64,000 bases of DNA from Spirochaetota bacterium (GCA_965249715.1 CBDFMP010000037.1:711-64710), one strand, 5' to 3'; shown: positions 46,875 to 57,130, counted from the first letter of the stretch. Notes: generated by a model from the sequence alone, not told the origin. Translations and numbers: made by a program.

Positions 46875-47483
46875 ATGAAAATGAAAGTTATCAAAACCTC
46901 AGCAATCATGATTTGCTTGCAGAAAGTGTTATGGCTAAGCTTGGCTGTGCTGCTGCTAACCGGTTGCGCCTCTCGGAAGGTCAAACGCTCGTTGGCGGGG
47001 GCTAGCACCAGCTCAGCAGAATTGCAGCAACTGGCTCAGCAGTTTGCTCAGGGCCTCGCTGAACATTTTGCCGCTAATCTCAATGCCGGCGATGAAATCC
47101 TCGTTGCATTGTACCCTGCACGCAATCACACAATAGATGAATTGCCATTGGATTTATTAGAACGCAGTCTTGTCCGCGAATTATTAACACACAAGCTTTA
47201 TACCGTGCGTGTGGAAGATAGGCAGCGGGCATTGGACGAACTGGAGTTCCAACTCAGCGGACTGGGTGAAGGTACCCTCAGTGCTGGAAAATTAAAAATC
47301 CCCAACTATTTTCTGCAACTGACCATCGATGAAAATCGCTATTTACTGGACGCAAAGACGCGGCGCATTGAGCGCAGCTTCAGTCTTGAATTGCGCAGCG
47401 TGCAGACGCAGTTAGTAGAATTTAGCAAATTGCTTCAGCTGCAAAACAATGTGCCGGTGCTTAATCGCCATTACAGCTTTTAA
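46875..47483 (+). CDS. small lipoprotein of unknown function (weak LpoB/TolB-N-like resemblance, unverified)
   Basis: Signal peptide plus lipobox LLLTG|CAS. ATG 46875 is preferred over the TTG at 46845 that overlaps the folD stop. Confidence 0.5.
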   Translation: MKMKVIKTSAIMICLQKVLWLSLAVLLLTGCASRKVKRSLAGASTSSAELQQLAQQFAQGLAEHFAANLNAGDEILVALYPARNHTIDELPLDLLERSLVRELLTHKLYTVRVEDRQRALDELEFQLSGLGEGTLSAGKLKIPNYFLQLTIDENRYLLDAKTRRIERSFSLELRSVQTQLVEFSKLLQLQNNVPVLNRHYSF

Positions 47484-47512
47484 GCAGCTCAAACAAAAAC
47501 ATTCAGCAGCCC

Positions 47513-47541
47513 TTGACAAACAACACATTTGATAGTATACT
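47513..47541 (+). promoter_or_regulatory. near-consensus sigma-70 promoter for the initiator tRNA
   Basis: TTGACA (47513-18), 17 nt of spacer, then TATACT (47536-41). The tRNA starts 20 nt downstream. Confidence 0.6.
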
Positions 47542-47560
47542 AACTATGCAGCTTTAATAG

Positions 47561-47634
47561 TGCGGGATAGAGAAGTTTGGTATCTCATCGGGCTCATAAC
47601 CCGAAGGTCTCAGGTTCAAATCCTGATCCCGCCA
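47561..47634 (+). tRNA. tRNA-fMet (initiator), anticodon CAU
   Basis: 74-nt cloverleaf built by hand. U1:C72 mismatch, A11:U24, three G:C pairs closing the anticodon stem (tcGGG-ctCATaa-CCCga). Near-collinear with remembered E. coli tRNA-fMet. CCA is not encoded. Confidence 0.85.
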
Positions 47635-47753
47635 TTTTTCGCTCATTGTCAATGAGCGGGATGATGTTGCTTATCCCATTAACAATGTTTTCATTGTAGG
47701 GTGGGGTTTCCTGTATGTGAGTACTGTAATGTCTTAACAGTACGTGCAAGCTA

Positions 47754-47762
47754 TGATATAAT
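47754..47762 (+). promoter_or_regulatory. extended -10 promoter candidate (TGATATAAT) for the second tRNA
   Basis: ctaTGaTATAATtaac, 40 nt upstream of the tRNA 5' end. Confidence 0.35.
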
Positions 47763-47802
47763 TAACAGTAACGCTAATGTTTGTTTAGCGTCCAATCATT
47801 AT

Positions 47803-47876
47803 GGCGAAGTAGCTCAGTTGGTTAGAGCAGCGGAATCATAATCCGCGTGTCCAGGGTTCGAGTCCCTGCTTCGCTA
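47803..47876 (+). tRNA. tRNA with CAU anticodon, elongator type (tRNA-Met; lysidine-modified tRNA-Ile2 not excluded)
   Basis: 74-nt cloverleaf. ggcgaag/cttcgct acceptor (G1:U72), GTAGCTCAGTTGGTTAGAGC D-arm, anticodon loop atCATaa, T-arm caggg-ttcgagt-ccctg. Confidence 0.85.
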
Positions 47877-48274
47877 GCTGAAAAATCATCAGCCCCCCAG
47901 CATTTAAACTGTCTTTGATGAGCATTGCATGACACGGCTCGTCTATTATTAAGAGTTGCCCATACTTGCGCAGCCAGCCCATCGCCAACAATTCCATTGA
48001 TGATTAAGCCCCGCGCCTTAGCGGTTCGCAGCGATGGCACGGTGTTTATTCATTGCCTGTGGGGTAGCGCCAATGGTTATGCTTAGCGCCTTCGCTTTTT
48101 CAAACTGAGGGTATAATTGAGAGTTATAGGATGGGAGCATAACGAGTGTTCTCGGTTTTTATAAACTTGAAAAATTAGAACATTGCCGTGGGATAGGTTA
48201 CACGCCAAAAACTTAATGATGATACGCTGTGCGTAACAAAAGCAAGCTTGTATGACGAAATTAAGAGGATTGAG

Positions 48275-49396
48275 ATGAAAGAACAGAAAGAAGAGCTGGT
48301 GGGATGGAGAAAAAAGCTGAAGGAATGTAAAAAAAATCTGGTGGGATGGAGAAAAAAGCTGAAGGAATGTAAAAAAAATCTGGTGGGATGGATAAAAAAT
48401 CTGAAGAAATGGTTTACTGTAACTATACTGATACGCTTTCTAATTCTCCTACTGCTGGGGGGGGTTGGCTCTAGGCTAAATTGGTGGTTCAGTACCACTA
48501 ATGCACTGCATTGTATATTTCCCGGTGTTAGCGGTGTTAGCGATGGTAGCGGTGGTAGCGGTGTTCGTGACTACATACTGATACTTGCTATTGGCTTGCC
48601 TGCGTTTTTGGGGCTGTGGTGGTTCAGGACGATTGATACGCGGGAGAATATTAGAATAGGGCAAGAGCAGATTAGCAGAGGAATATTAGCCGCTGCACAG
48701 GAGGCGATTTTCTCACAAAACCCCGCAAGGATGCGGTTTGGATTTACGCAGCTTTTGAACTTGCGGGAGAAAAAGCTGTTTGTGGAGGATGTGGAGCATG
48801 TTTTACAAAGCAAGAAAGAGGGAAAGATTGATTTAAGCGGAATTGATTTAAGCGGGAAAGACTTAAGGGGGTTCTATTTAGCAAATGCTGACCTGCAAGA
48901 TGCTCAGTTTGATAAGGGTACCGACCTGAAAGATGCTGACCTTACAAATGCTGATTTACAAAATACTATTGGTTTTAAGTTAGCAAAAAATATAAAAAAT
49001 GCCATACTGATACAGGCTAAGCTGCAAGAGCTTGACTTGCAAGAGTTAGACTTGCAGGGTGCTAAGCTACAAGGTGCTCAGTTGCGAGATGCTCAGCTGC
49101 AAAGTGCTCAGCTGCAAAGTGCTCAGTTGCGAGGTGCTAAGCTGCAAGATGCTCAGCTGCAAGGCGCTCAGTTTGATAAGGGTACCGACCTGGAAGATGC
49201 TGACCTTACAAATACTGATTTACAAAATACTATTGGTTTTAAGTTAGCAAAAAACATAAAAAGTGCTATACTGATACAGGCTAAGCTGCAAGATCTTGAC
49301 TTGCAAAAGTTAGACTTGCAGGGTGCTAACCTGCAACGGGCTCAGCTGCTCAGCTGCAAAGTGCTCAGCTGCAAGGTGCTAAGCTGCAAGAGCTAA
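48275..49396 (+). CDS. membrane-anchored pentapeptide-repeat protein (intact part of a longer, frame-broken gene)
   Basis: Shine-Dalgarno AAGAGG (48263-68) precedes ATG 48275. N-terminal 14-aa repeats LVGWRKKLKECKKN, two hydrophobic segments, then A(D/N)LxX-type pentapeptide repeats (DLSGKDLRGFYLANADLQDAQF...). The frame is lost after ~49,340. Confidence 0.65.
   Translation: MKEQKEELVGWRKKLKECKKNLVGWRKKLKECKKNLVGWIKNLKKWFTVTILIRFLILLLLGGVGSRLNWWFSTTNALHCIFPGVSGVSDGSGGSGVRDYILILAIGLPAFLGLWWFRTIDTRENIRIGQEQISRGILAAAQEAIFSQNPARMRFGFTQLLNLREKKLFVEDVEHVLQSKKEGKIDLSGIDLSGKDLRGFYLANADLQDAQFDKGTDLKDADLTNADLQNTIGFKLAKNIKNAILIQAKLQELDLQELDLQGAKLQGAQLRDAQLQSAQLQSAQLRGAKLQDAQLQGAQFDKGTDLEDADLTNTDLQNTIGFKLAKNIKSAILIQAKLQDLDLQKLDLQGANLQRAQLLSCKVLSCKVLSCKS
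48296..48412 (+). repeat. 42-bp (14-codon) tandem repeat, 2.8 copies
   Basis: ctggtgggatggagaaaaaagctgaaggaatgtaaaaaaaat at 48296-48337 and 48338-48379, plus a diverged partial copy. Confidence 0.9.
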
Positions 49397-51011
49397 GCTG
49401 CTAAGCTGCGAGATGCTCAGCTACAAGGTGCTCAGTTTGATAAGGGTACCGACCTGAAAGATGCTGACCTTACAAATGCTGATTTACAAAATACTGTTGG
49501 TTTTAAGTTAGCAAAAAACATAAAAAGTGTCACACTGGGACGAGCTAAGCTGCAAGGGCTTGACTTGCAAGGGTTAGATTTGCAGGGTGCTAAGCTTACA
49601 AAAGCTAAGCTGCAAAGTGCTGAGCTGCAAAGTGCTCAGTTTGATAAGGGTACCGACCTGGAAGATGCTGACCTTACAAATGCTGATTTACAAAATACTA
49701 TTGGTTTTAAGTTACATAAAAAGTGCTATACTGATACAGGCTAAGCTGCAAGATCTTGACTTGCAAGAGTTAGACTTGCAGGGTGCTAATCTGCTGCTGA
49801 CCTGCGAAAGGCTAAGCTGCTAAGCTGCAGAATGCTAAGCTGCAAGAGTGCTAAGCTGCGAGGTGCTAAGCTGCAAGAAGCTAAGCTGCAAGGCGCTCAG
49901 TTTGATAAGGGTACCGACCTGGAAGATGCTGACCTTACAAATGCTGATTTACAAAATACTATTGGTTTTAAGTTAGCAAAAAACATAAAAAGTGCACATA
50001 CTGATACAGGCTAAGCTGCAAGATCTTGACTTGCAAAAGTTAGACTTGCAGGGTGCTAACCTGCAAAAAGCTAAGCTGCTAAAGGCTAAGCTGCAAGATG
50101 CTCAGCTGCAAGGTGCTCCTGCGAAGGTGCTGACCTGCAAAGTAAGCTGCAGAATGCTAACCTGCGAGGCTGCTAAGCTGCAAGATGCTGCAGCTGCAAG
50201 GCGCTCAGTTTGATAAGGGTACCGACCTGGAAGATGCTGACCTTACAAATACTGATTTACAAAATACTATTGGTTTTAAGTTAGCAAAAAACATAAAAAG
50301 TGCCATACTGATACGGCTAAGCTGCAAGAGCTTGACTTGCAAGAGTTAGATTTGCAGGGTGCTAAGCCTTAAGATGCTAAGCTGGTGCTGAGCTGCAAGA
50401 TGCTCAGCTGCAAGGTGCTGACCTGCAAGAAGCTGACCTAAGCTGCAAGATGCTAAGCTGCATGCTAAGCTGCGAGAAGCTAAGCTACAAGGTGCTCAGT
50501 TTGATAAGGGTACCGACCTGCAAGACGCTGACCTTACAAATGCTGATTTACAAAATACAGCTGGTTTTAAGTTAGCAAAAAACATAAAAAGTGCTCACAC
50601 TGATAGGGACGAGCTAAGCTGCAAGGGCTTACAGCACTTGCAAGAGGTTAGATTTGCAAGGTGCTAAAAGGTGCTCAGTTGCGAGATGCTCAGCTGCAAA
50701 GTGCTCACACTGCGAGGTGCTAAGCTCAAGGTGCTGACCTTCAAGGGCTTAGTTTGATGCGACCTGGTGCTGACCTACAAGGTGCTGACCTGCAAGGTGC
50801 TGAGATCCATTGCAAGGTGCTGACCTTGCTCAGCTGCGAAGCTCAGCTGCGAGGTGCTTCAGCTACAAGGTGCTGACCTACAAGGTGCTGAGGTGCTGAC
50901 CTTTGCTAACTGCAAGGTGCTAAAGTAAAAAAAGCTCTAAAAGTAAATGGTGGCAGGATAGCGGGTACTATTGGTAATTATAATACTGGTGACATTGACT
51001 GGCAACCCTAA
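49397..51011 (+). pseudogene. frame-broken continuation of the pentapeptide-repeat gene (higher-order repeats; plausible original stop TAA 51009-51011)
   Basis: The marker cagtttgataagggtacc recurs at 48904, 49169, 49433, 49637, 49898, 50206 and 50497 (spacings 265, 264, 204, 261, 308, 291 bp), with a degenerate eighth copy near 50748. Many small deletions; only short ORFs in shifting frames. Confidence 0.7.
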
Positions 51012-51233
51012 ACCTCCGCATGGTACTTGACGGGCTGAAGTAATGGCAGCAGCAGCTTTTTAGCCGCTAAGAAAATAGCTGCTGAAAAATAACGGGATTA
51101 AGAAAAAATCGCAGGAAAGGCTCACCAACCCTTCCTGCAACTATTTAGTTAGGATTAGGTTACCCCCGCACAATTTAATACGCGGGGGAAAATCTGTTAC
51201 GGTGATAGCGCGCTGGTGGCGGCATTGCGCTGC

Positions 51234-53820
51234 TCAGTAAGTACAGCCTATGGTAGTACTTCGGATGGTATTGATAGCTTCGCACTGCTCAGCTGCTGTG
51301 ACCGGCAGACCCTTCAGCACAGGATATTGTGATGTTGTGCCGAAATTCCAATCGTCAGTACTCCAGCCAGCAAATATGCCGGGGTCGGTGCGGAGCGCCT
51401 TTAGCTCAGTGGTGGTTTTCCCTACACCCTCACCATCGGTGGTGCTGTTGAGGGTGCTGTCCCAGTAGCTGTTAGTGACATCTGCACCGTCGGGGGCTAA
51501 ACCGGTAAAGCTAGCGGTATTTGCTGCGGTTACTGTTGCCGCTACGTACACATTGCTCAGTGTTACTGGATTGAGACTCACACCGCCGCTTGTATAACCA
51601 GTAGCAGTACCAGTGGTTTCAACGCTTCCAACAAAGTAGCTGTTATGAATGGTACCAATAGAAGAACCTACCAGTCCGCTGCCGAATTCACCTGCAGATA
51701 TGCTAGCCGTAGCAAAACTATTATTGATAGTGCTGCCACTAGCTGCATTCCCCACTAGTGCACCTACTCTGCTGCCGCCATGATGAACAGTAAGATTGAT
51801 AACTGCACTATGACCGATGTTGCCGCCGCCGGCCATAGATCCCACGAGTCCGCCTACATAAACACCTCCAGTTATATTGGCATTTACCAATGTGCAGTTG
51901 GTGATGAGCAGCGTTCCCATCAAGGTGAAAGCAAAGAGTCCGATTGTAATATCCGTCATTATTCGGACTGCCGTTATTAGTATTGCTGATGGTGAGGTTG
52001 GAAATGGTGTTTGAGGCGCAGTCCAGTGTTCCCGTGAAGCTTCTACCTTTTTGATAAGTACTGTCGCTACTGGTTGAATTCGTTCTTTTGCCGATAGGCA
52101 CAAAGCCGTTACCTGTGGTGATATTCGTCCAAGGTGCGTCAGTAAGCCCGAGGTCAATGTCAGCGGTGAGTGTGTAATGTTTATCCCTGTAAGTGGTGCC
52201 GTCAGAAGTGTCGTCGCCATTTACCAGCCGGCTCATGAGGTCTAAACGCAGGTCATTATCAATGAGGTAGGGGTTGTCAGCATCCGCGCCAGTGCCGCCA
52301 GCGAATGAGTCGCACTCTTGCACGGTGATAGTGGCACTGCTGTAGTTAATTAGCGAACCATTTTCGGGAGTGGCAGAGGATGCGGTCAAGCTGCGATCAT
52401 TAATATTCGCTGTACCGCTGTTGTCAAAGTAGGGGGAGTGGCTGCCGGGAGTAGTGCCGAACGTGGCACTCACTGTGGTTTTATCACCAGCTTCATCAAT
52501 GGTGAACAGCGAGTAAGTGAATATTTCGCAGGGGTCAAGGTTTTTGCTGATGCTGCTTTCTCCCTCAGCAATGGTGGTGGTGCTGGCGTCACCGCCAATT
52601 CTAACATTATAAGAGGGTGCAAGTACTAAGCTGACGGTGTAGTCTGCTGTAATGCCACTATTTGTAACGGTGAACGTTCCCAGGCTGAGCGTTTGGGTTT
52701 GAGTGCCAGCTTGGTCGGTGAATGTCAGTGTTGTTTCGTCCATTGTTATGGTGGATCCGCTGGTTGCTGCTGCGATGGTGACAGAACCAGTATCAGTATC
52801 GGTTAAGCCAAGATTGGTGCTGTCAAGGTTGCGGACATGCCGGCGGCGGCTGTCGATGGTAACGATAGTTCCCGAAATATCGATGTCGCTGATACTGGAG
52901 ACGATGTCAGAGTTAAGGGTATTGGTAACGGAGATGTTAATGTCGCTGGCACTGATGCTAACATCGGGAAGTTCAGACAGCACCACGACTAAATCATAAG
53001 AAGCTTGATTGGTAGTGTCGTCTTCAGTGATGCTGAAGTTACTGCTGATGGTTTCTTCAGCAGTGCCATCGGAGTCAGTGAATGAAACGGGGCTGGGACT
53101 GAGGGTGTAACCTGCTGGAAGACTGATACCACTGGCAAGATTAAGGGTGACAGAGCCTTCTGTACCACTGCCAGTGGGATTGAAAAGCCCGGTGATGGTA
53201 AGGGTAGGGGTATTGCCAGTGGTATCCCAGCTGACGTTGGCACTTTGACTATCAAAAGTAACGGTTGCATCGGTAGCAGGGATGAGCGCGTCAATGCCGC
53301 CGGCAGCGGCGACAATATTACTAACAGGCTGTCCGCTGTACTCTACGATGATGTCAATAGGAATAATGCTATCATCCGCAAGGCTGGTGATGGTGAGGGC
53401 GTTGGGGTTGGTGTCGGTGGTGGTTTTGGCGCCGTCAGACATCGACGGTGATATTGAAAGTGAAAGGTGAAGCAGCAAAAGTGAAAGCAGTAGCATCTTC
53501 AGTAATGGTGAGGGTGGCTAAGGTGCCAGTGGTAGTCAGTACATTATCGCAGGGTCAGACCGGGGCAGGCATTGGTGAGCAGCTTGCCAGTAATGGTGAT
53601 GGTGCCTGTGGCGGGGTCGGTGGTGCTGTCGATGGAAACGGTAGTCGCGAGCTCTAGGTTGCTGGACGTTATTGGACAGATCAATGGTAACGGCGTCAGT
53701 GAGCGCCTGTTCCAATGGGCTGAGACGCGTAGAGTCTTCCGTAGCGGCGCAGCTGGAAAGGATGAGTGTGAATGCGCTAACACTAAGTATGAGCGCAAAA
53801 AGCTTATAGGATGATTTCAT
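51234..53820 (-). pseudogene. large GLUG-motif surface lipoprotein/adhesin-like gene broken into at least 4 frames
   Basis: Signal plus lipobox (FTLILSS|CAA) at 53820. Thr/Ser-rich beta-type repeats. The C-terminal part carries GLUG-like repeats (YVGGLVGSMAGG, SRVGALVGNA, GSGLVGSS) and SYWD...TELKAL...FAGW...WNFG..QYPVLKGL. Frame changes near 53,660, 53,545-53,445 and 51,960. Confidence 0.65.
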
Positions 53821-53833
53821 GATAAATTCCTTG

Positions 53834-54021
53834 AAATTTTTAATTGTGCGGCATAACGCCTGTTAAACATTGTTAGTATAACATGAAAAGTATGACTAAG
53901 CTTGCCATATTAACGGGGAATTCATTAAAATTTTTAATTGTGCGGCATAACGCCTGTTAAACATTGTTAGTATAACATGAAAAGTATGACTAAGCTTGCC
54001 ATATTAACGGGGAATTCATTA
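53834..54021. repeat. 94-bp tandem duplication (2 copies) immediately upstream of the GLUG lipoprotein gene
   Basis: taattgtgcggcataacgcctgttaaacattgttagtataacatgaaaagtatgactaagcttgccatattaacggggaattcatt starts at 53841 and again at 53935. Confidence 0.9.
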
Positions 54022-54101
54022 GGCAAGCTAAGAAGCTGGCTGAGCAGCTTCAGTGATGGTGGTGTGAGCGCCGCTTAGCGCGGCACTTAATGGAAAATAT
54101 G

Positions 54102-54144
54102 CCCCCCCAAGTTTAGGTGTTCACCAAACAAAAAGGGGGGGGGG
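54102..54144 (-). terminator. possible aceA terminator: C10/G7 homopolymer stem with a large loop
   Basis: The minus strand after the aceA stop reads C10 (54144-54135), 26 nt, G7 (54108-54102), then catattttcc. The loop is long, so this is weak. Confidence 0.3.
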
Positions 54145-54152
54145 TGCTGTAC

Positions 54153-55430
54153 TTAAAATTGTTCAGCTTCAGTGGAACCTGCAAGAGCTTGTGTTGAGGA
54201 AGTACCGCCAGTAATGGCCGTATTCACAGCATCGAAATAACTTGCGCCCACCTCACGTTGATGTTTGGTGGCAGTGTAGCCGTGTGCCTCATCGGCAAAC
54301 TCGCGTTCTTGCAATGTAACATATGCTTGCATACCCATTGTTTTGTAACGCCGCGCCAGATCAAACATACCGTGATTAAGGGCATGAAATCCCGCTAAGG
54401 TGATGAATTGAAACTTATAACCCATCGCGCCCAGCTCACGCTGAAATTTAGCAATGGTGGCATTGTCTAAGTGCCGCTTCCAGTTAAACGATGGCGAACA
54501 GTTATAAGCCAACATTTTATCGGGGAATTGTTTATGCACAGCTTCAGCAAACTGTTTGGCTGTGTCCAGGTTAGGCGTATTGGTTTCCACCCATAAAAGA
54601 TCGGAAACCGGGGCGTAGGCAAGCGCGCGCGCGATGCCTTGCTGGATGCCCGGACGGAGACGATAAAAGCCCTCAGCTGTGCGAGCACCCTTTTCAATAA
54701 AAGCATGGTCGCGTTCGTCAATGTCACTAGTGATAAGCGCAGCCGATTGGGCATCTGTACGCGCAATAATGAGCGTTGGTACATCCATGGTGTCGCTCGC
54801 AAGGCGCACAGCCATTAGCTTTTGAATCGCTTCCTGTGTGGGAACAAGTACTTTGCCGCCCATATGACCGCATTTTTTAGCGGAGGAGAGCTGATCTTCA
54901 AAATGTACCGCACTGGCACCCGCTACAATAAGCGCCTTGGTGAGTTCAAACGCGTTGAGATTGCCGCCAAAACCTGATTCAGCATCGGCAACAATAGGAA
55001 CGAACCAGTCAGTGTCATGATTGCCTTCTGCGGAGGTAATTTCATCAGCACGTTTAAACGCGTTGTTAATTTTTCGCACAACAGCAGGCACACTGTCGAC
55101 GGGATAAAGACTTTGATCGGGGTACATGGTCTCGGCGGTATTGGCATCGGCTGCCACCTGCCATCCGCTGAGATAAATGGCTTTCAACCCCACACGCGCC
55201 ATTTGCATGGCTTGATTGCCGCTGAGTGCACCCAATGCATTAATGTAGGCATTGTCCTGCAATGCCCGCCATAATTTTTGCGCACCCTGCTCCGCTAAGG
55301 TATGAGCAATGGGAAGTGTGCCACGCAGCTTCACCACCTTGGCGGCGGTGTAGTGACGCGTGACACCTTGCCAACGCGGGTTATTCTTCCATTCCTGGAT
55401 AAGTGTTTCACTGGACTTAAATGTTTTCAT
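54153..55430 (-). CDS. aceA: isocitrate lyase
   Basis: 425 aa. Signature KKCGHMGGK. Adjacent to malate synthase. Confidence 0.9.
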   Translation of the reverse strand: MKTFKSSETLIQEWKNNPRWQGVTRHYTAAKVVKLRGTLPIAHTLAEQGAQKLWRALQDNAYINALGALSGNQAMQMARVGLKAIYLSGWQVAADANTAETMYPDQSLYPVDSVPAVVRKINNAFKRADEITSAEGNHDTDWFVPIVADAESGFGGNLNAFELTKALIVAGASAVHFEDQLSSAKKCGHMGGKVLVPTQEAIQKLMAVRLASDTMDVPTLIIARTDAQSAALITSDIDERDHAFIEKGARTAEGFYRLRPGIQQGIARALAYAPVSDLLWVETNTPNLDTAKQFAEAVHKQFPDKMLAYNCSPSFNWKRHLDNATIAKFQRELGAMGYKFQFITLAGFHALNHGMFDLARRYKTMGMQAYVTLQEREFADEAHGYTATKHQREVGASYFDAVNTAITGGTSSTQALAGSTEAEQF

Positions 55431-55524
55431 GGAATTGTATTTGGATATCCTCCATAAAATTGAATTGTTGGGTTAAGTTTTATGATTGATCATAAACCGT
55501 TAATAAACACGTTAACCATTCAGG

Positions 55525-57126
55525 TTAATGATGGTTAAGCTCAGCATAAGCTGCCAATGTCAGAAAGTCCGCAAAAGTTGGTTGCGTGACAATCTTACGC
55601 AGAATAACAAAGGCACGCGTGTAATAAGTGCCAGCTGCCACAAGCGCTGCCTTAGCAGCTTGTGTTTCGCTTTCAATGTTTTTAAAACAGCTTTCGATGA
55701 ACGTTGCATCTACCAGTGCATGGGTATCGGCAGTGGTTTTGTTGGGGATGCCGTAATGGGACCATTGCCAGAGCTGGGCACGCGCAATTTCAGCAGTTGC
55801 CATGTCTTCCATCAGGTGATTAATAGGCACACAGCCCGTACCGCTAAGCCATGCCGCCAAATAATGCACGGCAGCACGAATATTGTTCTCGATGCCCGCT
55901 TGGGTGACCGTGCCCTTCGGGACAGCCAGGAGATCTTGTGCGGTGATGGTGACATCGCTGAGGAGTTTTGATTTTTGATTGGCCTGCGGCATCACCTGCT
56001 TAAAAATGTCCATGGCTATCGGAACAAGCCCCGGGTGCGCTACCCAAGTGCCGTCGTGACCATTTTTAGCTTCACGTTCTTTATCGGCACGTACCTTGGC
56101 GATAGCTTCATCATTGGCGGCGGTGTCGGTTTTAATGGGGATTTGTGCAGCCATCCCGCCCATGGCGTGTGCGCCGCGCAAGTGACATGTTTGGATCAGC
56201 AGCTTGGAATAACTGCTGAGGAAATGTGTACTCATGCCCACCTGTTCACGATTCGGTAAAACAAAACTCTTATGGTTGGCAAACTTCTTAATGAATGAAA
56301 AAATATAATCCCAACGCCCACAATTCAGCCCCACACAATAATCGCGCAATTCGTGGAGAATTTCGTGCATTTCAAAAACAGCGGTGATGGTCTCAATGAG
56401 TACTGTTACACGAATGCTGCTGGCAGGAAGCTGCAATTGCGTTTCTGCTTGTTTGATGAGTTTCGCCCAAAGGCGCGCCTCTTCATGACTTTCCAACTTG
56501 GGAAGATAAAGGTAGGGGCCGCTCCCGTGCTCAAGTGCGGCTTTGGCATTGTGAAAGATGTGTAAGGCAAAATCAACAAAAGCACCGGGGACGGCTTTAC
56601 CGTTAAGTGTGATATTGGTTTCAGGCAAATGCAGTCCGCGCGGACGGACAATAAGAATAGCCAGCTCCGCCGGCGCTTTCAAGCGATATTCCTTGCCTGC
56701 AGGATTTGTAAAGGTGATGGACTGACGCACGGCATCGTAAATATTCTGCTGCCCTGCCATGAGGCCATCCCAGGTAGGACTTTGCGAGTCCTCAAAATCT
56801 GCCATATAAACCTTTGCGCCAGAATTGAGACCATTGATGATCATTTTTCTGTCAACGGGACCGGTGATCTCTACACGTCTGTCCTCCAAGTGCGCAGGGG
56901 GTGGTTTTACGCGCCAACTTTTATCCTCGCGGATGGCGTGCGTGGCAGGTAGAAAATCAGGGAAGACACCAGCATCAAACTGCGCCTGACGCGCCTTGCG
57001 TTTATGCAAAAGCTCCTCTACTGTCTGAGCATGTTTGTTGACCAATGTTTCCAAAAAGCTAAGCGCTTCTTGACTAAGGATTTTTGCATATTTCTGCTGC
57101 TGAACGGGGTTAATGCTTAAAGTCAT
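55525..57126 (-). CDS. aceB: malate synthase A
   Basis: 533 aa. GPYLYLPKLESHEEARLW, GLNCGRWDYIFS, HDGTWVAHPGLV. Confidence 0.9.
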   Translation of the reverse strand: MTLSINPVQQQKYAKILSQEALSFLETLVNKHAQTVEELLHKRKARQAQFDAGVFPDFLPATHAIREDKSWRVKPPPAHLEDRRVEITGPVDRKMIINGLNSGAKVYMADFEDSQSPTWDGLMAGQQNIYDAVRQSITFTNPAGKEYRLKAPAELAILIVRPRGLHLPETNITLNGKAVPGAFVDFALHIFHNAKAALEHGSGPYLYLPKLESHEEARLWAKLIKQAETQLQLPASSIRVTVLIETITAVFEMHEILHELRDYCVGLNCGRWDYIFSFIKKFANHKSFVLPNREQVGMSTHFLSSYSKLLIQTCHLRGAHAMGGMAAQIPIKTDTAANDEAIAKVRADKEREAKNGHDGTWVAHPGLVPIAMDIFKQVMPQANQKSKLLSDVTITAQDLLAVPKGTVTQAGIENNIRAAVHYLAAWLSGTGCVPINHLMEDMATAEIARAQLWQWSHYGIPNKTTADTHALVDATFIESCFKNIESETQAAKAALVAAGTYYTRAFVILRKIVTQPTFADFLTLAAYAELNHH

Positions 57127-57130
57127 ATTG

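Noticed and set aside
47639-47657. 8-bp hairpin cgctcatt-gtc-aatgagcg right after tRNA-fMet, considered as a terminator.
   Set aside because: The T-run precedes rather than follows the stem, so it is not a canonical intrinsic terminator. It may still be a processing or structural element, but that is unsupported.
47822-48040. 72-aa minus-strand ORF next to the tRNAs, examined as a possible integrase or recombinase remnant.
   Set aside because: Its 3' part is antisense to the tRNA gene, and I saw no recombinase motifs. No integrase, transposase or att-like repeat was found anywhere in 47.9-53.8 kb.
48175-48498. 107-aa minus-strand ORF (FFIHPTRFFLHSFSFFLHP...).
   Set aside because: It is the antisense translation of the 42-bp tandem repeat at the 5' end of the pentapeptide gene.
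49059-50213. Short ORFs such as MLSYKVLSCEMLSCKVLSC... and others in the repeat tail.
   Set aside because: They are out-of-frame readings of the 15-bp pentapeptide-coding periodicity (gctcagctgcaaggt-type units), not independent genes.
51163-51188. Hairpin cccccgc-N12-gcggggg between the convergent pentapeptide and GLUG genes, considered as a bidirectional terminator.
   Set aside because: The T/A runs are on the wrong sides for either strand: AAAA follows the stem on the plus strand and nothing T-rich follows on the minus strand. The stem is only 7 bp with a 12-nt loop.
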